This document shows positions 51,029 through 60,700 of a stretch of 64,000 nt of DNA, one piece after another. The position numbers were made by a program, and so were the translations under genes. The stretch is from Phycisphaerales bacterium (GTDB lineage: Bacteria; Planctomycetota; Phycisphaerae; Phycisphaerales; UBA1924): positions 271,634 to 335,633 of the forward strand of contig JBDIVY010000001.1 of the NCBI GenBank assembly GCA_039794165.1. The letters run 5' to 3'. The notes below the pieces were generated by a model that saw nothing but the letters and a program-made list of their open reading frames with translations, was not told the origin of the DNA and did no database searches. Position 1 is the first letter of the stretch. The number at the start of each line of letters is the position of its first letter.

Positions 51029-52501
51029 ATGATGGAGTTGAAGCGTGCGATGATGACCGCGGGAATCGTTGCGGTTGTGCTGCTGGTGCAGGCGGCCAGC
51101 GGGCAGCGGACACCGGAGGTCGCGCCCCCGGCTTCGATGATTCAGCCGCGCTTCGCGGTCGAGTCCGTGACGCCGCCGCCCGAGTTTCTCGGGTTCGATC
51201 GCGACGGCGTCGTGGTGGTCCGTTTCACGCTGCCGATCGATCCCGCGACGCTCGACGCGAGCACGCTGAATGTTGCGGGCCGTTGGAGCGGGCCGGTCGC
51301 GGGCGAGCACGTGCTGCTCGACAGCCGCACCGTGGCGTTCGTGCGAGCGCGCCTCTACTCGCCGGGCGAGCGCGTCACCGTACACGTGTCGCGCGGGCTG
51401 AAGGCGATCAACGGGGCGGCGCTCGCGACGGGGTACACGTCGGGCTTCTGGGCGCGGACGGGGCCCGGCTCGCTGAACTTCACGATGGCCGGCGTGCTGA
51501 TCCCGGGGGACGTGCCGTACGGCGCGCACGGGGGCGACCTCGACAACGACGGCGACCTCGACCTCGCTGTGCCGAACGAGGCCACGTCGAACGTCTCGGT
51601 CTTTCTCAACAACGGCGACGGCACGTTCACCACACCGGTGCACTATGGCGCGGGGCTGCACTGCAGCCCGAACGAGGGGCTGGACCTCAACGGCGACGGC
51701 ATCGTGGACCTCGCCGTCGCGAACATCCTGGACCACAACGTCTCGATCCTGATCGGCGTCGGCGACGGCACGTTCCTGCCGCAGGTGAAATACGCCGTCG
51801 GCCAGCAGCCGCGCGGGCTGGCGGCCTTCGACGCCGACGGCGACGGATTCCCCGATCTTGTGACGGCGAACCGCGTCTCCTCGACGCTCTCGTTCCTTCG
51901 CAATCGCGGCGACGGAACCTTCGACCCGGCGGTCAGTTTCGACGCGGGTGTCAACGGCGAGACCGGCGTCGTCGCCGCGGACATGAACGGCGACGGCATC
52001 ATGGACCTGATCGTGATCGGGTGGGGCAACTCGCGGATCTCGACGATGCTCGGCGACGGCGCGGGCGGATTCACGCTCCATTCCTCGATCCCGACCAGTG
52101 CGCGCCCATGGATGGTCGCGTGCGGTGACCTCAACGGCGACGGCATCCCGGACGCTGCCGTCGCCTGCTCGTCCGCCGGGCGCGCCGCGATTTATTTCGG
52201 CGACGGGCTGGGCGGCCTCGGGCCGGAGACGTGGTTCGATTCCGGCGAGTTCCCGATCGCCATCGACCTGGGCGACCTCGACGGCGACGGGAGCCTCGAC
52301 ATGGTGACCTCCAGTTACGGCTCCGGCGACTTCCACGTCTACACCAACAACGGCAGCGGCGTCTTCACCATGCGCTTCACCCTGCCGGCGGTTACGGCCG
52401 GGTCGTGCGCCGTGCTCCACGACCGCGACGGGGACGGCGACACGGACATCACGGGGATCGACGAGAACGCCGACCGGATCATCCTGTACCGGCAGGACTG
52501 A
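51029..52501 (+). CDS. Secreted FG-GAP/VCBS-repeat (integrin-alpha-like beta-propeller) protein with an N-terminal Ig-like domain
   Basis: Signal peptide. About seven repeats of the type D(L/F)(D/N)(G/N)DG.(L/P/I)D(L/M)(A/V)V...(F/L)..(N/G).GDG.F. Confidence 0.8.
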   Translation: MMELKRAMMTAGIVAVVLLVQAASGQRTPEVAPPASMIQPRFAVESVTPPPEFLGFDRDGVVVVRFTLPIDPATLDASTLNVAGRWSGPVAGEHVLLDSRTVAFVRARLYSPGERVTVHVSRGLKAINGAALATGYTSGFWARTGPGSLNFTMAGVLIPGDVPYGAHGGDLDNDGDLDLAVPNEATSNVSVFLNNGDGTFTTPVHYGAGLHCSPNEGLDLNGDGIVDLAVANILDHNVSILIGVGDGTFLPQVKYAVGQQPRGLAAFDADGDGFPDLVTANRVSSTLSFLRNRGDGTFDPAVSFDAGVNGETGVVAADMNGDGIMDLIVIGWGNSRISTMLGDGAGGFTLHSSIPTSARPWMVACGDLNGDGIPDAAVACSSAGRAAIYFGDGLGGLGPETWFDSGEFPIAIDLGDLDGDGSLDMVTSSYGSGDFHVYTNNGSGVFTMRFTLPAVTAGSCAVLHDRDGDGDTDITGIDENADRIILYRQD

Positions 52502-52510
52502 CGGAACAGC

Positions 52511-52545
52511 AAAGAAAACGGCCCGGGCGTGCGTGGCCCGGGCCG
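52511..52545 (-). terminator. Rho-independent terminator for the minus-strand redoxin gene
   Basis: 10-bp stem cggcccgggc / gcccgggccg with a 7-nt loop. On the minus strand it is followed by TTTTCTTT. It lies in the convergent gap after FG-GAP gene 51029..52501 and may act in both directions. Confidence 0.65.
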
Positions 52546-52575
52546 ATGTGGTTGCGCTCGCGTTGAGCGATCGGA

Positions 52576-53247
52576 TCAGTTGCGCCCGTACTTCACGGAG
52601 CAGCCGTAGGGCTTGGCGTAGGGGGTGGCGACGGTGCTGCCGGCGAGGACGGCTTCCAGAGCGTCCTTGACGTAGTTGGTCTCGCCGAGGCGGTTGGGGC
52701 TGGAGTCGCTGTCGATCGCGCCGGCGTAGGCGACGATGCCGTTCTTGTCAATGACGTACATGGTGGGCGTGTTCTTGGAGCCGTAGGCGCGCCCGGTCTC
52801 GCCCGTGAAGTCGTGGAGAATCGGGTAGGCGATGCCCCACTCCTTGCGGAACTTCTCGTTGACCTCCGCGCCGGTTGTGGAGTCGCCCTCGTGGCCGGAG
52901 TTGACGGCGAGCCAGACGACGCCCTTGTCCTTGTAGGCGTTGTAGAGATCGCTCATGGTCTTGTTGCGGGAGTGGTGCTTCACGACGTAGGGGCACTCGC
53001 CGTTGAACCACTCGAGCACGACGACGTTGCCCTTCTGCACGTACTCGCTCAGGACGTGGGTCTTGCCCTCGGTGTCCACGAGTTTGAAGTCGGGCGCTTT
53101 CTGGCCAACGAGTTTCTCCGCGCTCGCCATCTTCGCGGCGGCGGGCTTGACGGCGTCCTGGGCCGAGGCGAGAGGCGCGGCGAGCGTCATCGCGCACGCG
53201 GCGACGAGAGCGGCGAGAGCGCCGGACTTGCGGGAACGGGTCAGCAT
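52576..53247 (-). CDS. Secreted thioredoxin-fold (redoxin/AhpC-TSA-like) protein
   Basis: Signal peptide ALAALVAACAMTLAAPLASA. GQKAPDFKLVDTEGK..., VVVLEWFNGECPYV (single Cys, CPYV rather than CxxC), C-terminal YGCSVKY. AGGAGG Shine-Dalgarno. Confidence 0.8.
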   Translation of the reverse strand: MLTRSRKSGALAALVAACAMTLAAPLASAQDAVKPAAAKMASAEKLVGQKAPDFKLVDTEGKTHVLSEYVQKGNVVVLEWFNGECPYVVKHHSRNKTMSDLYNAYKDKGVVWLAVNSGHEGDSTTGAEVNEKFRKEWGIAYPILHDFTGETGRAYGSKNTPTMYVIDKNGIVAYAGAIDSDSSPNRLGETNYVKDALEAVLAGSTVATPYAKPYGCSVKYGRN

Positions 53248-53305
53248 GAATGGCCTCCTTCTGCGTTGTCCGGGCGGGCCGGCGCGTCGGCGACGCGGGG
53301 ACCGG

Positions 53306-54118
53306 TCACGCACCCGGGCGAGCCGCGGACGGCGGCTCGGTGAAGACTCGGTACACGGCCGACGGCCCCTCGCCGACCGGCCACACTTCCATGACGCCGT
53401 GGACGGGCCGATCGCCCTCCCGGAAACGAACGGTGAGCCGACCACCCTCGGCCACGCCGTCGTCGATGATAGATACCGGCTCCAGCGAGTCGCGTCGCGG
53501 GTAAAAGGCCACGCGGGAGGCGTTCGATGCCGTCAGGATGAGCGTTCCTGCGTCCCAGTGGAGTGAATCAGGGGGAATCTCTCGGGGCAGGCGTGCCCGC
53601 GACTGCTCAAAGAGGGGAAGGTCGCGCGAGGGACGACGAGATTCCCCTGAGCGGCCGACGAGGACGCGAGCCTCGAGATCGGCGGACTCCGTCAGGCAGA
53701 GGTCGGCACAGACCAGCCAGGAGAGCGAGAGCCGGAGCCGCTCGATGCGGCCGGGGCGGGCGGTCGAGGGCACCTCAAGGGGCACGAGGATGGTGACGCT
53801 GTTCTCGTAGACATGGTCGAGGATGCCGTCGGAGGGGAAGTACCGCTTCGGCGCCGGCCAGTGGATGTCGTCCATGCTCCACCCCACCGGGAGAGCCGCC
53901 TCGACTTCGACGGCCATGCCGGTGTCGTTGATGCCGTCCCAGTAGATGTGCCACCTGTCTTCGATCTCGAAGGCGACCCCGATCCAGGCGGTCTCGCCAG
54001 GGGTCACGGTGAGATGTTCAAAGACGATCCGGGGCTTGGCGTGGAGGGCCGGCTCGGGTTGGGCTGGCGCGAGTATCGCGCAGCAAGCCAAGGCCGTCAT
54101 GGCACCGAGGCGAATCAT
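53306..54118 (-). CDS. Secreted protein with a DsbD N-terminal-domain-like (DsbD_2 / thiol:disulfide interchange) fold
   Basis: Signal peptide. WIGVAFEIEDRWHIYWDGINDTG...W.MDDIHWPAPKR... and LSWLVCADLC (Cys pair). The call is by pattern and by adjacency to the thioredoxin-fold gene. Confidence 0.65.
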   Translation of the reverse strand: MIRLGAMTALACCAILAPAQPEPALHAKPRIVFEHLTVTPGETAWIGVAFEIEDRWHIYWDGINDTGMAVEVEAALPVGWSMDDIHWPAPKRYFPSDGILDHVYENSVTILVPLEVPSTARPGRIERLRLSLSWLVCADLCLTESADLEARVLVGRSGESRRPSRDLPLFEQSRARLPREIPPDSLHWDAGTLILTASNASRVAFYPRRDSLEPVSIIDDGVAEGGRLTVRFREGDRPVHGVMEVWPVGEGPSAVYRVFTEPPSAARPGA

Positions 54119-54191
54119 CTCGGAATCTCCCCCGGGGTCATTCCCGGGCCTCCCGACAGATCGTACCCGGCCGACCGACTATTCTCCCCGC

Positions 54192-54650
54192 ATGAGGACA
54201 CGGAATCGACTCTCGGTGGCGTGGATTCTGACGATCGGGGCGGGAGCGCTGACCGGTGCGGCCCTGTCTGGCTGCGGGACGACTACGAGCGATCGGCACC
54301 TGGATCGGACGCGGATCTCGACGGACGAGGTTCGTCGCCTGACACTGGAAGCCGAGCGGCAGCCCAGGGCGGTCGTGCTGCTGGACACCCGCTCCGAGGA
54401 GGAGTTCCGAGCGAGTCGCATCGCCGGGGCACGCCGGATCGACCTGACCAGACTTCGCCTGCGTGGCGGGCGCGACCCTGAGCTGGAGTCGTTCCGAAGT
54501 CTCGTGGTGTACGGCAACAACCGCGGCACGGCGACGACGAAGGCCGTCGGCAAGCGGTTGATGGAACTCGAGTACAAGAATGTCCGCTGGTTCGCCGACG
54601 GGCTTGATGGATGGGTCGCGGCGGGTTACCCGACGGCAACCGGCGATTGA
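54192..54650 (+). CDS. Rhodanese-homology-domain lipoprotein lacking the catalytic cysteine
   Basis: Lipobox GAALSGC. VVLLDTRSEEEFRASRIAGARRI...LVVYGNNRGTATTKAVGKRL...VRWFADGLDGWVAAGYP. The usual YC..G.RS loop reads YGNNRGT (Gly codon at 54513-54515). Confidence 0.75.
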   Translation: MRTRNRLSVAWILTIGAGALTGAALSGCGTTTSDRHLDRTRISTDEVRRLTLEAERQPRAVVLLDTRSEEEFRASRIAGARRIDLTRLRLRGGRDPELESFRSLVVYGNNRGTATTKAVGKRLMELEYKNVRWFADGLDGWVAAGYPTATGD

Positions 54651-54711
54651 GCCGCCCGGCTCCACGCCGCGGTGGAGAGCGACGGCGACGACGCGCAGGG
54701 TGAACGGCCGG

Positions 54712-54751
54712 ATTAAAAAGCGGAGCGGGGCCGGATGGCACACCGCTCCGC
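54712..54751 (-). terminator. Rho-independent terminator of the giant surface-protein gene
   Basis: 9-bp stem gcggagcgg / ccgctccgc with a 14-nt loop. On the minus strand it is followed by TTTTTAAT, 27 nt after the stop at 54778. Confidence 0.65.
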
Positions 54752-54777
54752 GAGGGGGGCGTCGTTGGGTGGTTTGG

Positions 54778-57700
54778 TCAGCCGAGTGTGGGGACGGCGT
54801 TGGTGAGACCGAATGGCGCGCCGCCCGTGCCCCAGCCGCCTCGGAGGAAGAGGTCGTAGTGGCTGAAGCCGACGATGATGGGGATCGGTGCGCTGGCGGA
54901 GATCGAGAAGAAGTTGAGGCCGGGGCGTCCGAGGATGGAGAACGGATCGAAGTGGGCGGGGCGGTTGGCGTTGGCCTCGAAGGCGGAGCCGAGCACCTCG
55001 TGGAGTCGGACTTCGGTGAAGGCGCGGGCGCCGACCGGGACGATGAGCGTGTCGTCGGTGCCGTCGAGGAAGAGGAGGCGGACGGAGACGTTGGTGGAGA
55101 CGGGTGTCGGGTTGTAGAGGGTGAGCGTTTCGAAGTAGGACTCGCCGGCGAGGACGGTGTTGATGAAGGCGTCGCCGAAGAACCACCCTGTGGCGGCGAC
55201 GTTTGTGCCGCGGACGTCGTGGCCTTCTCCTGAGCGGCGTTCGGACCCGAACGCGCTGACGGGGACGTTCGAGGTGAAGCGGACCCCGACCGGTTGGCCG
55301 ACCGCGAAGCCGAGGTCGTCGCCGGCGAGGACGAGGGTGCCGCGGGCCGGGATTTCGACGGACTTGACGACGTCGGGCAGTGCGACGCGCGTGTATCGGC
55401 CGCGGATGGTGACGGAGGCGGGGACGGGGTTGGAGTTGTAGAGGACGAGTTCTGCGGTTGAGCCGTTGCCGTTGGTGAGGCCCGGGACTGCGCCGACGGT
55501 GCTGCCTCCGGTGTAATCGCCGAGGGAGCCGAAGCCGGTCATGCCGGGGGAGTCGTAGTGGCTGAGGGCGGCGACGATGCCTCGGAAGGCGGCTGCGTTG
55601 GCGGGATCGGCCGCGGCGGCGGTGACGCGGGCTCCGAAGACGCCCGTCGGGAGTGCGCTGATCTCGTTGATGTTCCACCCGCCGCGTCGCAGGGCGCCGA
55701 CGGTGGAGGTGAAGGAGACCTCGTTGCCGTTGGGGTCGTTGGCCGTGAAGGCGACGTTCACGTCGAAGTCGAAGGGGTTGTAGAAGACGATGAAGTCGAA
55801 GATGGAACCCGGGACGCGCTCGACGCGAGCGAACGTCCAGATCGTGGAGATTCGGTTCGTGAAGGCTTCGCCGATCGCGCTGTTGAAGTCGTACCGAGCG
55901 ATGGTGGCGGCGAGCGGGCCGCCGATGGATTCGACGATGATGGAGTACGGCTCGGTGCGTGCGCCGACGGGGGAGCCGTTGGCGGCGTCGCTGATGGTCA
56001 CGCCGCCGCGGCTGCCGGCGGCGATGGTCTCGTTCTGAACGATGACCTGATCACGATCGCCGGTCTCGTAGCGCAGGATGATCGTGTAGGTGACGGGGAA
56101 CGGGTTGGGGTTGTTGAGGGAGACGAACTCGCGGATGGTCGAGCCGGTGAAGCCCTCGGGGTTGTAGAGTTTGAAGACGGCGGGCGGTGTGTCGAGTCGC
56201 AGGGTGTAGGAGCCGACGCCGTTGCCCAGGCCCGAGACGAGGATCCAGAACTGCTGGCCCGCGCCCGTGGCGTCGTAGGCGAGATTGGCGGTTGCGCCCG
56301 GGATTCCGGTGGCGTCGAAGGCGTGAACGGCCTGGAAGTCGGGGGCGTTGAGGATGGTGAGGCTGGCGTCGAGGAGCGATCCGGTGGGCGTGACGACCTG
56401 GACGTAGACGCGTCCGGCGCCGAGGGTGTTGAACGTGAAGAGGTCGCGCTCGCCGGGGCGTGAGATGACGCCGCTGATGGAGCCGTTGCCGTCCTCGGAG
56501 CTGAGCGTGATGACGGTGGGGTTGTCGAAGTCCACGTCGCCGTCGCCGTCGTCCGAGCCGTCGCCGGGGGGCCCGTCCACGTGGAGGTGGTACTCGCCGG
56601 TGCGGTTGTTGAGGTTGGCCTCGACGAGGATGTAGTAGCGTTGGTTGATGAACGTGTTGGTGAGGACGATGGCGACTGCCTCGCCAGGCGCGGTGCCGAT
56701 GACGGGATTCACGGAGACGTCGTCGGTGACGAGGTTGAAGTCGGCGTCGAAGATCGAGAGTTTCGCCGTCATGGCGATGAGCGTGGTGTCGAGCGGCGTG
56801 AGCGTCACCGTGACGAATCCGTCGGCGATCGTGAGGAACGTGAAGAGGTCGGAGTCGCCGAGCGGGGCGATGGTCGGGTTGGAGGGGTGCCCCATCGTCA
56901 TCGTGCCGACCGTGCCGTCGCCGGTCGTGGAGGCGAGCGGGATGGGCGTGGCGAGGAACCACTCGTTGGCGTTCGGATGATCGTCGATGGGCGGGACGAG
57001 CATCGTGATGGTGTACGCGCCGGTGCTCTGCGAGTCGGAGGCGATGGTGGACGGCTCGATGAGCACGAAGTAGGTCTGGCCGCGCACCACCTGTCCCTGG
57101 ATGGTGGCCGGTATGACGCCGTCCACCGGAGAGACGACGTCGTTGCCGCTGGAATCGAGGAGCGAGACCTTGGGCAGGAAGGTGCTGCCTGTGGGGCGGC
57201 TGACGGTAATCCGCGCCAGCCCGCCGGCGGGGGCGGTGAAGCGGAAGAGGTCGGTATCGGTGGGGACTTCGATGATGCCGGATGCGGAGCCTTCGCCGGT
57301 GCCCGAATCGACGCCGATGGGCGTGGCGAGATCGAACTGGCCTTCGTCCGGATGGTCGTCGGTGGGGGGGAAGCCGATGTCGAGACGGTAGTCGCCGAAG
57401 TCGGTGTTGGCGTTGGAGCCGCGGACGACGAGGTAGTACCACGGGTACTCCAGCCCGGTGTCGTCACTGATTCGGTCGGCGTTGACGGCGAAGATGACCT
57501 GGGCGTTGGTGTCGGTGCCGCTGATGTCGTCGTTGCTCCCGATGCGGAGCAGGATCGTGTTGCCGGCGGGATCGACGGAGGTCTCGTAGACGTCGAGCCT
57601 GGGGTTGAATCCCTGGGTGAGGCTGTTGGCGGTGGCCGTGAACTGGGCGAAGTCGCGTGTGCGGACCTTGAAGACGTCCGAGTCTCCGGAGCCTTCGATG

Positions 57701-60700
57701 CGTCCGGTGGCGGAGCCGGAGCCGAGGAAATCGAACACTTCGACCTCGGTGGCGTTCGCGACGTCGAGCCACATCGCGTGGTCGTCGGCGTACCGGAGGC
57801 CCGAGAGCGTGAGGTCGTAGACGCCGGAGGTGCCGCCGCCGGCGCCGATCTCGATGAAGAAGCGTTCGCCCTTGGCGACTGGGAAGGTCAGGGTCAGTTG
57901 CCCGTCGCTGGCGGCGGTGCCGAAGGCGAAGGGGTTGGCCGCCCCGTCTTCGAGGCGGTAGACGACCACGTCCGGGATGAGGGCGGAGCCTTGGGCGCGG
58001 TTGACCTGGAGGGTGGCGGTGCCGTTGACAGGCGAGATGAAGTTGAGGAGGTCGGGCGTGGCGGCGCTGGCGGTGTTGGAGAAGGTGGCGACGCCTTCGT
58101 CGTCGATGGCGAGCGTTGGCGTTCCGTTGAGCGTGTTGTTGGTCGCGGGGACGGTGTGGACAAGAAGGTTGTAGGCGCCGGTAAGGTGCTGCCACTGGAC
58201 GGGGAGGGTGGGGTCGTCGAGCCATGCGGTGTAGGCGTCGCGCTGGCCGGCCTCGACCTGGATGTAGTAGACCTCGCCCTGCACGACCGGGAAGGAGACG
58301 CGCGCGTCGCGCTCGTGGAAGGTGAATGTGCCGAGCGTGCCGATGAAGGCGGCTTCAGTGACGCCGACCATGGCCGGGTTGCCGGCGTTGAAGACGATCT
58401 CTTCGAGGTCGCGGTTGAAGATGCGGATGGCGGAGTGGAAGTTGCTGTTGTAGGTCTTGCTCTTGGTGACCGTGCGGACGGTCGGTTCCTCGGCCTTCTC
58501 CTGGTCGGGGCGCTCGTCCCAGTCCACTTCGATCTCGTCGAAGAAGCGGGTGATTCCCGTGGAGTTGATGCGGACCTCGGCGAAGCCGTTTCGAGGTGCG
58601 GTGATGAAGTAGAGGTCGGTGTCGTTCGGGTGCATGATGACGCCGCCCGAGGACTCCTGGAGGATGCCGATCCCGTCCACGACGAGCTCTGGATCCTGGT
58701 AGAAGCCGGGGAAGCCCTCCGGGATGACGGCGCCGTTGATGGAGTAGGCTCGCTCGTAGTGCGCGGAGCGATCGAACCAGCCGCTGGGGCCGCCGATGGG
58801 CGCGACGCCGTCGCCGGTCGCCGGGTTGAGATTGATCTTCGCGGCCGCTGTCCACTGGCCCGCGTTGGTGAACTCCTTGATGCGTGAGAAGGGGGAGCCG
58901 TTGAAGTCGCCCTCGCCGATCGTTCCCTGCATCGGATCGACGATGTTGGCCGGGTCGGTCGGGTCGAAGGAGGCATCGACGATGACCTCGACGGAGTATC
59001 GGCCGGAGCCGGTGCCGGAGACTTCGAGGTAGTAGGTTTCGCCGGCCCATGCCTCGATGCCGATGACCGCGCCGTTGAAGGTGGGCACGTCGAACCAGGG
59101 GTCGCCGTTGATGAACTGCTTGGGGTAGCGTGCGGGGTCGATCATGCCGGCCGGTTCGCCGCCCATGGAGGGGTTGAAGATGAAGTCGTTGAACGGGCCG
59201 CCGGTGGGGTAGACGACCTCGCCGAGCGAGTCGAAGACGCGGATCTGCGTGTTGAGGAAGTTGAAGGGCGGATGCAGCGGATCGACGATGTCGTCCGGGT
59301 ACATCATCACCTGGATCTCGACGCGTGTGGAGGGGCGGTAGCCCTCCCACCAGACGCGGTCGTCGGTGCCGCCGTCGTCCTGCGAACGCGTGTCGGCACG
59401 ACCGGCGAAGTCGCCCAGCATGTCCACGGGCGGGACGAAGGCGAAGAGGTCGGTGTCCGGCTCGCTGTGGAGACGGCCGGTGGCGTGGCCGGTGAAGACC
59501 TGCGCGTGGTCATCGACCGGCGCGTAGGTCCAGCCGGGGATGAACGGGTTGAACTGGGCCGGATCGTTCGCTGCGCGCGGAGTAGTGTCGCCGATCCAGT
59601 TCCAGACGATCGGTGTGGCGTTGGGGAAGTCGCCGGCGTTGGCGTGATCGTCCACGTTGCCGGTGTTCAGCGTGTGCGGGGACTCGATCTGGATGGCGTA
59701 GGTCGCGCCGCCGGAGACGAAGGCGTCGATGGTGACGAAATAGGTCTCGCCTCCGATGAGATCGACGTCGAGTTGCGGGCTGGCGCCGAAGAAGTCGGTG
59801 CTGATGGCGATGAGGTTCCCGTCGGGGCCGTGGAGGCGCATCGTCGGGTCCACGACGAAGGCCATGCCGACGCCCGTGGCGGAGATGATCGTTCTTCCGG
59901 TGCCGAGCGAGACGAAGGCGTGCGATTCGATCCCCCCGCCGTTGACGCCCGTGAAGCCGACGAAGCCGTAGCGGCGCACAGGGTCCAGTGAGATGCCGGA
60001 AGCGGAGGCGTCCGTGTAGAGGGAGAAGTTGCCGGCCCAGGGCCGCCCTGGGGCGAACTCGTCGCTGCGGACGCGGACGTAGTACGTCGAACTCGGGTCG
60101 CCCTTGAAGGAGGTGTAGGCGTTGGTCAGGAAGGCGGTCTGGCTGTCGCCGGCGATGAACTGGCCGGCCGCGTTGTAGACGTCCAGGCGGGTGTCGAGTT
60201 GGGCGGCGTTCGCGGTGGCGACGGCGGTGACGAGGCTGTTGAAGGCGTCCGTGCTGCCGGTCTCGAGCCTGAAGATGCGGTCCTGCAACTGGCGGTTCAG
60301 GTTGCCGTTGGTCGTGACCGCGCCCTCGGAAGGGGACGGCGTGATGAGCGTGCTCTGCGTGCTCACACGGAGGGTGTAGTCGCCGGTCGCGTTGTCGCCG
60401 GTCTGCTGGTCGCTCATGACGCGAATGAAGTAGGTGGCGATGTTGGTCTGCGGATCGAAGTGGCCGGTGGTCGGGACGAAGCCGACCCACGCCTCGGTCG
60501 GCGTGCCGGCGGAGAGCGTGCCGCTGTTGGAGGCGGAGAGAATGAGAGCCTGGTTGCGGTCGTAGATCTCGAGGCGCGTGTCCACGCGGGCGTTGAAGTC
60601 CGCCTGGCTCTGGCCCGCGCCCTTGACTGCGTCGGCGAGGACGGTAATGAAATCGGAGGTGGTGACATCGAGGCGGTAGAGGTCGTCGTCGCCCTCGAAG

